Positions 28,512 through 37,540 of a stretch of DNA of 64,000 bases are shown here, one piece after another. A program made the position numbers and the translations under genes. Each line of letters begins with the position of its first letter. Position 1 is the first letter of the stretch. The stretch is from Defluviitaleaceae bacterium. Lineage in GTDB: Bacteria; Bacillota; Clostridia; Lachnospirales; WQUN01. The notes under the pieces are model-generated. The model did no database searches. It was given only the letters and a program-made list of their open reading frames with translations, and was not told the DNA's origin. The stretch is taken from assembly GCA_009781765.1 (NCBI GenBank), contig WQVC01000001.1, positions 14,774-78,773 of the forward strand, written 5' to 3'.

Positions 28512-28622
28512 GGCGACCTCTGAAAACCCATCTTTTCGCATATTTCGCTTCTCGGAAAATGGCTTGAAGCCGCCGGTTTTCTGCGATGCGACACAGCTCA
28601 AAGTGGGTTTTCGGAGGTCGCC
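28512..28622. repeat. family C TIR element, copy C2 (abuts the divIVA-like stop)
   Basis: TIRs GGCGACCTCTGAAAACCCA / TGGGTTTTCGGAGGTCGCC. The core matches C1 (TTTTCGCATAT..CTCGGAAAA..CCGCCGGTTTTCTGCGATGCGACACAGCT). Confidence 0.85.
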
Positions 28623-29411
28623 TTACGTACTCGGTACGTAGTTGTCGTCCTCGTTGATACGGGCGGTAGCCTGCGGAGCGTATGTCGTCTTGTCGGAATG
28701 CTTGTTGAGGCTGGGGCTGGACATCGGGCCGAGGCTCAAGGGCTGCGGAACTGCTCCTTTGGGCGGCGGCATATACGACATCGGCGGCGGAGCGTGAGCC
28801 GCAAGCGGGGGCGCGGGCTGCTTGGGACGCGGCGAAACAGAGGGCGGCGGCAAGGCGGGGGCAACCGGAGCCGCTTCCGGAATGACGTCGTAATGCGACG
28901 CTTCATAATATGATGCGTCGGAATACACCGGCTCAGTATTTGCGCTTGCGTCGGGGGTTTCGTCGGGTTCGGGGGTTGCGGCGTCGTCGGCCGCGCCGGC
29001 CGGAACAATATCCATATCCTTGAGGCGCAAGATGAATTTATCTACATCGTCGAGCCTGTGATGCAATTCGTTTACATCGTTGCTGTCGAGTTCGGTTAAG
29101 TATTTGCGTACCATTCCCGCATAAACATCCTGAAATGCCTTGATTTTCATGCGTTGACGGTCTACTTCACCGGTAAGTTTATCCAACTCTTTGGCTATTT
29201 GCCCCTTATATTCTTCGGCTTGTGCGCGGGCGTTTTTAATCATGTTATCCGCCGCGATTTGCGCCGAAATAATCGCATTTTTAATGGCGTTATCCTTCTC
29301 TTTGTAGCTTCTTACAACTTGCTCTAATGTAGCGATATATCTGTCGACCTCTTCCGGGTCGTAGCCGCGTTTTACGTAGGTGAACTGTTCCACTGCGAAT
29401 GCTCCTTCCAT
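28623..29411 (-). CDS. DivIVA domain protein with Pro-rich C-terminus
   Basis: N-terminal FTYVKRGYDPEEVDRYI DivIVA motif, a coiled-coil region, and a P-rich tail. Confidence 0.8.
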   Translation of the reverse strand: MEGAFAVEQFTYVKRGYDPEEVDRYIATLEQVVRSYKEKDNAIKNAIISAQIAADNMIKNARAQAEEYKGQIAKELDKLTGEVDRQRMKIKAFQDVYAGMVRKYLTELDSNDVNELHHRLDDVDKFILRLKDMDIVPAGAADDAATPEPDETPDASANTEPVYSDASYYEASHYDVIPEAAPVAPALPPPSVSPRPKQPAPPLAAHAPPPMSYMPPPKGAVPQPLSLGPMSSPSLNKHSDKTTYAPQATARINEDDNYVPST

Positions 29412-29489
29412 CTAAAGGGAAATTTTCAAAAATGATAACACACCGGGCAAGCACACGCAAGGCACGACGGCAAGTCGAAAAAAAACCTG

Positions 29490-29559
29490 TTGCGTTACAT
29501 AACGGGAAGCGTTCGCTTCGCTCACTGTTTCTGTTGGCAGCCGGTTGGTTACCGATAGG
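29490..29559. repeat. family B element, copy B3 (intergenic)
   Basis: AACGGGAAGCGTTCGCTTCGCTCACTGTTTCTGTTGGCAGCCGGTTGGTTACCGATAGG. Confidence 0.85.
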
Positions 29560-29691
29560 TTTTTCGCGCGACAAATTTTTCGCACATTTTGCAGGAAGCC
29601 ACACAAAATGCGTCAAATGTTCAACACGAATACAAAAAAATTTCGCCGTATGACAATTGCTTCCGAATATAAATACACAACCTCGCCGCAT

Positions 29692-29720
29692 TTGACATTT
29701 TTCCTTTGTTGGAGTATAGT
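29692..29720 (+). promoter_or_regulatory. sigma-70-type promoter upstream of hppA
   Basis: TTGACA, 17 nt spacer, TATAGT, about 110 nt upstream of the hppA ATG. Confidence 0.6.
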
Positions 29721-29831
29721 ACCAATTTGCAATCTGTCTGCGTCGGCAAACTTGTGTTGCAGTAAAAAACTGAGTTTTTCGGCGTTATCCGGAATGCAAA
29801 GTAAATAATTTAGAATCGGAGTGAAGGAAAA

Positions 29832-32066
29832 ATGCTCATCGACAATCTGTTTTGGGTCGGCTTTTTGGGTGCGGCGGCAGGTATCGGTTTCGCCGTGTTC
29901 CAAATTTTAAAGGTGTTTAAGTACCCCGAGGGCAACCCGCGAATGATTGAAATCGCCCAAGCTATTCGCGACGGCGCAAACGCTTTTATGAAGCGGCAGT
30001 ACCTTACCGTTACGATTTTTTTGGCGGTAATGTTTGTAATTTTGGCTGCTCTTGCGTACATCCCGCCGCTTTTCGACGCATCCCCGCTGATTAACCAGTA
30101 CACGCCCTTTGCGTTCCTTACGGGCGGCGGCTTAACCGCACTTTGCGGCTTTATCGGCATGAAAATTTCTACAAACGCAAACGCTCGCACTGCGCAAGCC
30201 GCAAGCGAAAGCCTTAACAAAGCGTTGCGCGTTTCCTTCTCGTCCGGCTCGGTTATGGGCTTTGTTGTAAACGGGCTTGCAATCCTTGAAATCACGGTTT
30301 GGTACATGCTTCTCACGATGGTTTTCCAAGAGCCGCCCGATGTTGTTTCCGAAACAATGCTTACCTTCGGAATGGGCGTTGCGGTTGTTGCTGTTTTCGC
30401 CCGCGTGGGCGGCGGTATTTTCACAAAAGCCGCCGACGTAGGCGCAGACTTGGTTGGTAAAGTTGAAGCCGGCATCCCCGAAGATGACCCGCGTAACCCC
30501 GCCGTTATCGCCGACAATGTTGGCGACAACGTGGGCGACGTTGCGGGCATGGGCGCAGACCTGCACGAATCCAACTCAAACGCACTTGTTGCCTGTATCG
30601 CGCTCAGTTTTGCCGCTCAGTACAATATCGGCGGATTTATTCTTCCTATTATAATTTCGGTAATCGGCGTTCTTTGCTCGATTGTGGGAACGTTCTTCGT
30701 TCGCGCAAAAGAGAACACGAGCCAAAAAGCACTTCTCAAAACCCTGCATCGCGGCGTTTATATTGCCGGTGCGCTTGCGGCACTTTTAACGCTTCCCCTG
30801 ATTCACTTTATCGCACATCACAACCTCGAAGGTGCGCTTGATGCTTATGCTCGCGGCGCGGTCGGCGCAGCAGAATGGGTTGCCGGCGCGGAGTCCATGG
30901 TTAATAACGCATGGGGAATGTTCGCGGCGGTTCTCATCGGTATCGTGGCAGGGTTTATCGTGAGCTACTTCACCGAACACTATACCTCCGACGCAAGCAA
31001 GCCCACCCGCGAACTTGCCGAATCCAGTAAATCAGGCTCTGCTCCGCTTGTTATCGGCGGGCTTGCCTTGGGAATGCGCTCTGTTGCCGGCCCGCTTATT
31101 ACAATCGGCGCGGCGGCTATCGGCAGCTTCATCGTTTCCGGCGGACTTGCGTTTATTCAAGCCGGCAGCCCTGCCGACGCACTCGACCTTAACTTCAGCG
31201 CGGGGCTTTACGGCATTGCTCTCGCCGCGGTTTCCATGCTTGCAACAAACGCAATAATTCTCGCAACCGACGCATTCGGCCCCGTTGCGGATAACGCCGG
31301 CGGAATTGCGGAAATGGCGGGTCTTCCCCCCGAAGTTCGTCAACGCACCGACGCCCTCGACGCGCTCGGAAACACAACCGCCGCAACCGGCAAAGGCTTT
31401 GCAATCGCATCCAACTCCTTCACTGGTCTTGCGCTTCTCGTTTCGTATGTAACCCTCGCGGAACGCGCGCTTCCCTACGGCGAATCACTTAACCTCGCAA
31501 TCGTAAACCCGCCCGTTTTGGTCGGATTCTTCTCAGGCGTAGCCGTTGTATTCCTCTTCGCGGCGATGTGTATGTCAGCCGTTCAACGTGCGGCGCAAAG
31601 CATTGTACACGAAGTACGCCGCCAGTTCCGCGAAATTGTCGGGCTTAAAGAAGGTAAACCCGGCGCGAAAGCCGACTACGCAACCTGCGTTGACATTTGC
31701 ACCCGCGGTGCACTCAAAGAAATGATACCTCCCGCGCTTTTGACAATTGCCGGTCCGATTATTGTGGGCATTTTGCTCGGTGCGCCCGGAGTTGTCGGTT
31801 ATCTTGCGGGAATAATCGGCTCAGGCTTTGCAATGGCCGTGTTTATGCTCAATTCGGGCGGCGCATGGGATAACGCCAAAAAATTCATCGAAGCCGGAAA
31901 CCTCGACGGCAAAGGCAGCGATAACCACAAAGCCGCCGTTATCGGCGACACCGTCGGCGACCCCCTCAAAGACACCGCCGGTCCTTCGTTCAACAACGTA
32001 ATAACTGTATCCTGCGCCGTTGCAATCGTGTTTATCGGCGTAACCAATGCATTTGCTCTGTTATAA
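29832..32066 (+). CDS. hppA: membrane-bound ion-translocating pyrophosphatase
   Basis: 744 aa, polytopic. It has GGGIFTKAADVGADLVGKVE, DNVGDNVGD and GNTTAATGKGFAI motifs. Ala rather than Lys in GNTTAA suggests the K+-dependent type. Confidence 0.93.
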   Translation: MLIDNLFWVGFLGAAAGIGFAVFQILKVFKYPEGNPRMIEIAQAIRDGANAFMKRQYLTVTIFLAVMFVILAALAYIPPLFDASPLINQYTPFAFLTGGGLTALCGFIGMKISTNANARTAQAASESLNKALRVSFSSGSVMGFVVNGLAILEITVWYMLLTMVFQEPPDVVSETMLTFGMGVAVVAVFARVGGGIFTKAADVGADLVGKVEAGIPEDDPRNPAVIADNVGDNVGDVAGMGADLHESNSNALVACIALSFAAQYNIGGFILPIIISVIGVLCSIVGTFFVRAKENTSQKALLKTLHRGVYIAGALAALLTLPLIHFIAHHNLEGALDAYARGAVGAAEWVAGAESMVNNAWGMFAAVLIGIVAGFIVSYFTEHYTSDASKPTRELAESSKSGSAPLVIGGLALGMRSVAGPLITIGAAAIGSFIVSGGLAFIQAGSPADALDLNFSAGLYGIALAAVSMLATNAIILATDAFGPVADNAGGIAEMAGLPPEVRQRTDALDALGNTTAATGKGFAIASNSFTGLALLVSYVTLAERALPYGESLNLAIVNPPVLVGFFSGVAVVFLFAAMCMSAVQRAAQSIVHEVRRQFREIVGLKEGKPGAKADYATCVDICTRGALKEMIPPALLTIAGPIIVGILLGAPGVVGYLAGIIGSGFAMAVFMLNSGGAWDNAKKFIEAGNLDGKGSDNHKAAVIGDTVGDPLKDTAGPSFNNVITVSCAVAIVFIGVTNAFALL

Positions 32067-32074
32067 TTGACCTT

Positions 32075-32155
32075 GGGGGAGAAACTTTTTTGTAAAAAAA
32101 GTTTCTCCCTCTCTTTTTCAAAAAATTTTAAAAAGCCGCGCTTTGCGCGGTTTTT
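32075..32155. repeat. family A element, short copy A6 (intergenic)
   Basis: GGGGGAGAAACTTTTTTGTAAAAAAAGTTTCTCCC and AAAAGCCGCGCTTTGCGCGGTTTTT. Confidence 0.8.
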
Positions 32156-32171
32156 CTGTAGGGATGGAAAC

Positions 32172-33005
32172 ATGGCGATTGATGCGAAATATTCGGGTGA
32201 CGTTGATATAATCATGTCGCATCGGTATGATTTGGGCGCGGATTATTGGACGACGCCGGATAAACGGTTAGCCAAGGGTTCGCCGTTTTCGTGCATGTGC
32301 AGTGCGTATATGTTATCGGAATTGGGCATGGAGTCGTCCGACCCTGTTTTGTCGGCGGTTGCGGAATTGTTTTTCACCACGTGGCAGAATGACGGTCGCT
32401 TCAAGTTGTATCCGAGCGGCGGAATTTTGCCGTGTCACACGGCGTATGCCGCCGATTTAATGTGTCGCATGGGTTACGTTGACGACGAACGCATTCAAAC
32501 AACTTTGCGACATTTTCTCGACACGCCCTATGCGGACGGCGGATGGCGGTGCAATAAATTTTCGTTCGGCAGAGGTCCGGAAACAGATTACTCAAACCCA
32601 CTCCCTACGCTGAACGCGCTTGACGCTTTTCGGCACAGCCGGTACTTGAACAACGAGCCTAAATTGGACAAAGCCGTTGAATTTTTGCTTGCTCATTGGA
32701 CGATTCGGACGCCGATAGGCCCGTGTCAATACGGCATGGGAACGCGATTTATGCAGGTGGAATATCCGTTGTGGAGTTATAATTTGTTTCAATATGTCTA
32801 TGTTCTGTCGTTTTACAATCGCGCCAAACGCGACGAACGATTTTTGGAGGCTCTTAGTGCGTTGCAATCCAAACTCATCGACGGGATGATTGTCGTTGAG
32901 CGAATTGTGCCGAAACTTTCGAAATTGAGCTTTTGCAAAAAAGGTCGGCCGAGCGAGCTTGCGACCGAGCGATACCGTGAAATTTCGGAGAATATAAAGC
33001 ATTGA
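32172..33005 (+). CDS. hypothetical protein, possibly prenyltransferase/terpene-cyclase-like alpha-alpha toroid repeat
   Basis: I moved the start to the ATG at 32172 because the upstream part of the ORF is repeat A6. The DGGWRC and WQNDGRF motifs give only weak family evidence. Confidence 0.4.
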   Translation: MAIDAKYSGDVDIIMSHRYDLGADYWTTPDKRLAKGSPFSCMCSAYMLSELGMESSDPVLSAVAELFFTTWQNDGRFKLYPSGGILPCHTAYAADLMCRMGYVDDERIQTTLRHFLDTPYADGGWRCNKFSFGRGPETDYSNPLPTLNALDAFRHSRYLNNEPKLDKAVEFLLAHWTIRTPIGPCQYGMGTRFMQVEYPLWSYNLFQYVYVLSFYNRAKRDERFLEALSALQSKLIDGMIVVERIVPKLSKLSFCKKGRPSELATERYREISENIKH

Positions 33006-34396
33006 GTGCGGTAAACATCCCCGACTATGCGGCAAAAATTATCGCTGCCCTGACCGCCGCCGGACACGAGGCGTTTATCGTAGGCGGGTGTGTGCGCGAT
33101 ATGATTCGCGGCGCAACCCCCGGCGACTGGGACATTGCAACATCAGCCCGACCCGACGAGGTTAAGGGCTTGTTTTCGCGTACATTTGACACCGGAATCA
33201 AGCACGGCACAGTATCGGTGTTGTGCGGCTCGAACGTTTGCGAAGTTACAACGTATCGCATTGACGGCGAATATTCCGACAATCGGCGTCCGGCAACGGT
33301 GACTTTCGCCGGAAAAATCGAGGAAGATTTAAGCCGCCGCGACTTTACAATTAACGCAATCGCGTACAATCCGACGCGCGGATTTGTTGACCCCTTCGAC
33401 GGACGCGGCGATATTTCGCGGAAAATTATAAAATGCGTCGGCGACGCGGAAACACGCTTCGGTGAAGACGCGCTGCGAATGCTTCGGGCGATTCGATTCG
33501 CGGCGGTACTGGGGTTTTGCGTGAATTCCGACGCCGTGCGGGCAATTACGAAACTGCGCGACAATCTCGCCGATATAAGCGGGGAGCGTATTCGCGAGGA
33601 ACTGTGCAAGCTCCTTTGCGGCGCACACCCCGATGCGGCGAAATTATTGCGCGAAACCGGTATTATGCGCCAAGTTTTGCGCGGGCGCGATTTCGGCGGA
33701 AATTTGGATGAGGTAGTTTCGCGATTGCAGGTGCTTTCCGGGGGACTCTGTCCCCCGAACCCCCTGCAAGGGGGGATAACACCCCCCCTTGACCCCCGAA
33801 ATGAAAAACCGCGCGAAGCGCGGTTTTTCGAAGGGGCGCGAGAGGCTTTTCCGCAGCCCGGGAAGCGGTATACGGCTTCGAGAGAATGTGTCGCAAGCTG
33901 TACGTGCAGCCGTGCAGCGGGAAGCGTTCGCTTCGCTCACTGCTGCTATCGGTGTTCAGTCTCCCCCAAAGGGACGTTGTCAAAAGCACTTGCGTTATTT
34001 TTTGCGTGGGCGGACGATGAGTGCGAGTATGTTTTGCGCGACTTGCGGTTCGACAATAAAACGATTCGGACAGTTTCACGATTCGTGCAAAATCGCGCGC
34101 TTCCCGGGTCGCGATATGAAATAAAGAAGTTAATGCGAATTTTTCCCCCGGACGAATTTGAGGATTGGTTGCATTTGCAGGAAATTTCTCAAAAGCGTTG
34201 TTTTGAAAAAATTCGCGCGGAAGCGGCGGATATTTTGACGCGGGGCGAGTGTTTTACTTTGCGCGGGCTTGCCGTAAACGGCAACGACCTCGCCGAAGTC
34301 GGCATAACCGGCAAAGCGGCGGGCGAGGCATTGGAGAAATTTTTGGACGCGGTTATGCGCGACCCGCAAATGAACGTGAAGGAGCGGCTGTTATGA
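33002..34396 (+). CDS. cca: CCA-adding tRNA nucleotidyltransferase with ~80 aa repeat-derived insert
   Basis: GGCVRDMIRG, DWDIAT, RRDFTINAIAY, and EDALRMLRAIRF motifs. Confidence 0.88.
   Translation: MSAVNIPDYAAKIIAALTAAGHEAFIVGGCVRDMIRGATPGDWDIATSARPDEVKGLFSRTFDTGIKHGTVSVLCGSNVCEVTTYRIDGEYSDNRRPATVTFAGKIEEDLSRRDFTINAIAYNPTRGFVDPFDGRGDISRKIIKCVGDAETRFGEDALRMLRAIRFAAVLGFCVNSDAVRAITKLRDNLADISGERIREELCKLLCGAHPDAAKLLRETGIMRQVLRGRDFGGNLDEVVSRLQVLSGGLCPPNPLQGGITPPLDPRNEKPREARFFEGAREAFPQPGKRYTASRECVASCTCSRAAGSVRFAHCCYRCSVSPKGTLSKALALFFAWADDECEYVLRDLRFDNKTIRTVSRFVQNRALPGSRYEIKKLMRIFPPDEFEDWLHLQEISQKRCFEKIRAEAADILTRGECFTLRGLAVNGNDLAEVGITGKAAGEALEKFLDAVMRDPQMNVKERLL
33740..33976. repeat. composite element A7 (family A hairpins plus E motif plus B core) in frame inside cca
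   Basis: GGGGGACTCTGTCCCCC, GGGGGGATAACACCCCCC, AAAACCGCGCGAAGCGCGGTTTTT, CGGCTTCGAGAGAATGTG, GGGAAGCGTTCGCTTCGCTCACTG. Confidence 0.85.
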
Positions 34397-34758
34397 GCAA
34401 CGTCGCGGCGGGGATTTTGGGTCAAAATGAGGCGGAAAAATTTCTTCGCGCCAAAGGGCTTGAAATTTTGTGCAGGAATTATCGTGTTCGTTCCGGCGAA
34501 ATTGATTTGATTTGCCGCGACGGCGGTGTAATTATTTTCGCGGAAGTGAAATTTCGCAGAGGCGTGGGGTTCGGGACGCCCGGCGAGGCGGTCGGCTACA
34601 CAAAGCAGCAAAAAATCATTCGCACCGCGATGCATTACATCGCCGCGACAGGTTCGGACGAAAACGATTTTCGCTTCGACGTAATCGAGGTGCGCGAGGA
34701 GCGAGGTCGAATGCACGTCAATCAAATCGAAAACGCATTTTGGGGGGAGTTACGATGA
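34393..34758 (+). CDS. yraN: YraN family (UPF0102) endonuclease-like protein
   Basis: GEIDLICRDGGVIIFAEVKFRR motif. The start ATG overlaps the cca stop (ATGA). Confidence 0.8.
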   Translation: MSNVAAGILGQNEAEKFLRAKGLEILCRNYRVRSGEIDLICRDGGVIIFAEVKFRRGVGFGTPGEAVGYTKQQKIIRTAMHYIAATGSDENDFRFDVIEVREERGRMHVNQIENAFWGELR

Positions 34759-36101
34759 AAAAAAATTCGCGGCATATAATTGAAATCACCGGCGTGACGG
34801 AAAAGGGCTTCGGAGTGGGCGGTGACGGTTTTGTCGTTTTTGTTGATGGCGCATTGCCCGGTGAAAAGGTCGATACGCTGATTGTAAAAGTGAAAAAAAA
34901 TTACGCTTACGGAAAAGTTATGCAAATTGTAAAACCTTCCCCGTTTCGTGTAAAAAATGCATGTTTTGCCGCAGAAAAATGCGGCGGCTGTCAATTTCAA
35001 CACTGCGAATATTCCGCGCAGCTCGGGTTCAAGAAGCAGTTTGTTGTCAACGCGCTTGAAAAAATCGGAGGGTTTCATGCGCCGCCGGTTGCGGATGTAA
35101 TCGGCATGGAAAATCCCGTGCGGTATCGAAACAAGGCGGTTTTTCCGGTTGTTCCGACGAAGGGCGATATCGAAATCGGCATGTACGCGCCGCGCAGCCA
35201 TCGGCTTGTTGCCGTTTCCGACTGCATGATTCAGCATGAGGCGCACGTGGGCGTTCTTGCCGCCGTGAAGAAGCACATGCGTCGCCGAAAAATTTCGGCA
35301 TACGACGAAACCTCGCACAAAGGGCTTGTGCGACATATTGTTGTGAGGACAAGCCTCGCCACGGGCGAAATTATGGTCGTGCTTGTAATCAACGGGCGAA
35401 ACATTCCCAAAGGTGCGGAGCTTGTCGAAAACTTGGTCGATGTCGGCGCAACTACGGTTCTTTTGAACAAAAATACCTCGAAAAGCAATACGATTTTTGA
35501 TTCTTCCGAGGACTCCTTCGAAATATTACACGGAACGGGCTTTATTCGCGAGAAAATCGGCGACATCGAATTTGAACTTTCCGCGCCGTCGTTTTTTCAA
35601 ATCAATCCCGTTCAGACGAAAATTTTGTACGAAACCGCAATCGCCATGGCGAAACTTGACGGCACGCAAGCCGTCGCAGACGCACATTGCGGCGTAGGCA
35701 CGGTCGCGCTTTTTGCGGCGAAGCATTCGCGCACGGTGATTGGCGTTGACATCGCGCCGTCGGCGATTCGCGATGCAAAAAAAAATGCCGCACATAACGG
35801 CATTTCGAACGCAGAATTTATTTGCGGCGCGGCAGAGGACGTAATCCCCGAGCTGATACCGGGCAAAATTCCGGATGTTATTTTTCTCGACCCGCCGCGA
35901 AAGGGCTGCGACCGCGTTCTTTTGGACGCGCTCATTGCCGCAAAGATATCACGTATCGTGTATATATCGTGCGACCCGGCAACATTCGCCCGCGATGCGA
36001 AAATTCTTGCCGCCGGCGGATACACTCTTGACGCCGTGCAACCCGTTGACATGTTTCCCTTTACCGGCAAGGTTGAAATTTGCGCGAAATTCAGCATCTA
36101 A
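34755..36101 (+). CDS. rlmD: 23S rRNA (uracil-C5)-methyltransferase, RlmD/RumA family
   Basis: TRAM-like N-terminus, Cys cluster CGGCQFQHC, DAHCGVGT SAM motif, and DPPRKGC. The start overlaps the yraN stop. Confidence 0.88.
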   Translation: MKKNSRHIIEITGVTEKGFGVGGDGFVVFVDGALPGEKVDTLIVKVKKNYAYGKVMQIVKPSPFRVKNACFAAEKCGGCQFQHCEYSAQLGFKKQFVVNALEKIGGFHAPPVADVIGMENPVRYRNKAVFPVVPTKGDIEIGMYAPRSHRLVAVSDCMIQHEAHVGVLAAVKKHMRRRKISAYDETSHKGLVRHIVVRTSLATGEIMVVLVINGRNIPKGAELVENLVDVGATTVLLNKNTSKSNTIFDSSEDSFEILHGTGFIREKIGDIEFELSAPSFFQINPVQTKILYETAIAMAKLDGTQAVADAHCGVGTVALFAAKHSRTVIGVDIAPSAIRDAKKNAAHNGISNAEFICGAAEDVIPELIPGKIPDVIFLDPPRKGCDRVLLDALIAAKISRIVYISCDPATFARDAKILAAGGYTLDAVQPVDMFPFTGKVEICAKFSI

Positions 36102-36118
36102 AAAGCCGCGCCAAGGTA

Positions 36119-37159
36119 TTACGACGGCGTTGTTCCGGTGTATGCTTTGTCGAGAATCATTTTTACATTTTTTGCTATCGCCTTAATTACAGGCACGGAA
36201 ACCGAATTTCCGAATTGCTTGTATAAGTGAACATCGGCAACGGTAAACGCAAAATTATCGGGGTAGCCTTGCAATCTTGCCCATTCGCGCGGGGTCATTT
36301 TTCGTATGCCCTCTGTGTTCACTTTACCTTTTATTTTTGTGACAGGGGTTAAATCGGTTTGGCGTTTGTCAATCAGCAAATTACGCTCCCGGCCCATGCC
36401 GCCGCATACAATTGCACCGGCGATGTCTTCCCAATCACGAATTTCAAAACCAAAGCCGTTGCCTTTTGATTCGTGCCTCGCACGATGACGGCGGAGCGTT
36501 TCTACATACACATCACTCAAATAATACTTTGCCGAAACGGGTTGAGCCTCAATTATGTCTTTGATTCGCTTGCTTGAATCTGTGGGGAGCGGGAACTCAA
36601 AGTCTGAACTGTCAATATCATTTCGGAACGCAACTATGTAAATACGCTCCCGATTTTGCGGTACGCCGTAATCCTTGCTGTTAAGTACGCTTTCGTGAAC
36701 CGTATATCCGATTTCTGTCAAAGTGCCTTTAATTATGTCAAAAGTACGCCCTTTGTCGTGTATGGTCAGCCCTTTTACGTTTTCGCAAAAAATTACTTTA
36801 GGCTTATGATGAGCGCAAATACGAGCAACATCAAAAAATAATGTTCCTCGTGACAATCCTTTGTAGTCGTCCGAAAAGCCTTTTTTTGCTCCGGCAAGAC
36901 TAAACGCTTGACACGGAAAACCTGCCAAACAAATATCAAACGGAGGAATATCAATCTCGTCAATTTGAGTTATATCACCCGAAATTTCAACCGAATCGGG
37001 ATAATTAGCACGATAGGTCTGCTGCGCTTTTTCGTCCGATTCACTGATAAAAACTGTTTCAATATTTCCATAAAACGCTTGGTCGAAGCCACGACGAATA
37101 CCGCCAATGCCGGCGAACAAATCTATTGATTTCAGTTTACCCACTTTGTTCACCGCCAA
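36119..37159 (-). CDS. dcm: DNA (cytosine-5)-methyltransferase
   Basis: Motifs DLFAGIGG (I), GFPCQAFS (IV), ENVKGL (VI), QNRERIYIV (VIII), GNSVSVPV (X). The start is uncertain (TTG at 37159, or GTG 15 nt downstream). Confidence 0.9.
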   Translation of the reverse strand: MAVNKVGKLKSIDLFAGIGGIRRGFDQAFYGNIETVFISESDEKAQQTYRANYPDSVEISGDITQIDEIDIPPFDICLAGFPCQAFSLAGAKKGFSDDYKGLSRGTLFFDVARICAHHKPKVIFCENVKGLTIHDKGRTFDIIKGTLTEIGYTVHESVLNSKDYGVPQNRERIYIVAFRNDIDSSDFEFPLPTDSSKRIKDIIEAQPVSAKYYLSDVYVETLRRHRARHESKGNGFGFEIRDWEDIAGAIVCGGMGRERNLLIDKRQTDLTPVTKIKGKVNTEGIRKMTPREWARLQGYPDNFAFTVADVHLYKQFGNSVSVPVIKAIAKNVKMILDKAYTGTTPS

Positions 37160-37200
37160 TCAACGATTTCCATAATTTGTTGCAGCTCATTGCCGTTGCC

Positions 37201-37220
37201 GTTTTTCAACACTCTCACAG
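37201..37220. repeat. solo family C terminal repeat
   Basis: GTTTTTCAACACTCTCACAG matches the right TIR of C1/C3. There is no partner TIR or core. Confidence 0.6.
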
Positions 37221-37230
37221 TATAGCAAAG

Positions 37231-37293
37231 AAAAAAAACCACGACAAACAGAATCCCGGATACGGCCCTCCGGAGTGATTCTGCCTGTCGTGG
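37231..37293 (-). terminator. strong rho-independent terminator
   Basis: Minus strand CCACGACAGGCAGAATC..GATTCTGTTTGTCGTGG followed by T8. Confidence 0.8.
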
Positions 37294-37317
37294 CTTGATT
37301 TTTTGTTTTTGAGCATT

Positions 37318-37438
37318 AAAAATTCGGACGTCCGAATCGGAACTTTGCCTCCGGCACCATCGCGCGGTTGTATACATGGTGCAGGAAAGCGGGCATTGTC
37401 CCGTTATGTGTAAGCGTCAAGACATTGCCCCTTCGCTC
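37318..37438 (-). ncRNA. candidate small RNA or structured leader (unclassified)
   Basis: Lies downstream of a consensus promoter. It contains hairpins GGGCAATGTC..GACAATGCCC and GCACCAT..ATGGTGC, and ends in ATTCGG-ACGT-CCGAAT plus T4. Confidence 0.35.
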
Positions 37439-37444
37439 GGACAC

Positions 37445-37473
37445 AATATAGACGAACAATACTCTTCTGTCAA
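37445..37473 (-). promoter_or_regulatory. sigma-70-type promoter (minus strand)
   Basis: TTGACA (37473-37468), 17 nt spacer, TATATT (37450-37445). Confidence 0.55.
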
Positions 37474-37540
37474 GAGTTTTTCGAAAATATTTTCGCATAA
37501 TTTTGCTTCTCAATTCATCGTCTCGCTCACAACGTGTAAT

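Noticed and set aside
37231-37438. The candidate RNA considered as 6S RNA, SRP RNA, or a fluoride, ZTP, guanidine or c-di-GMP riboswitch.
   Set aside because: The 5' and 3' ends are not complementary, as 6S requires. There is no GGAAGCAGC SRP domain IV motif, and the riboswitch consensus cores I recall do not match. I leave it unclassified.
37316-37513. A 65-aa ORF between pcrA and dcm, considered as a remnant of Vsr or of a REP-associated (RAYT/IS200-like) transposase because of ..HHVYNRA.. and ..GRPNF.
   Set aside because: The motif order and spacing do not fit either family. The ORF contains a consensus promoter and hairpins, and it ends in a terminator, so a non-coding explanation is better. 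I make no claim of a transposase.
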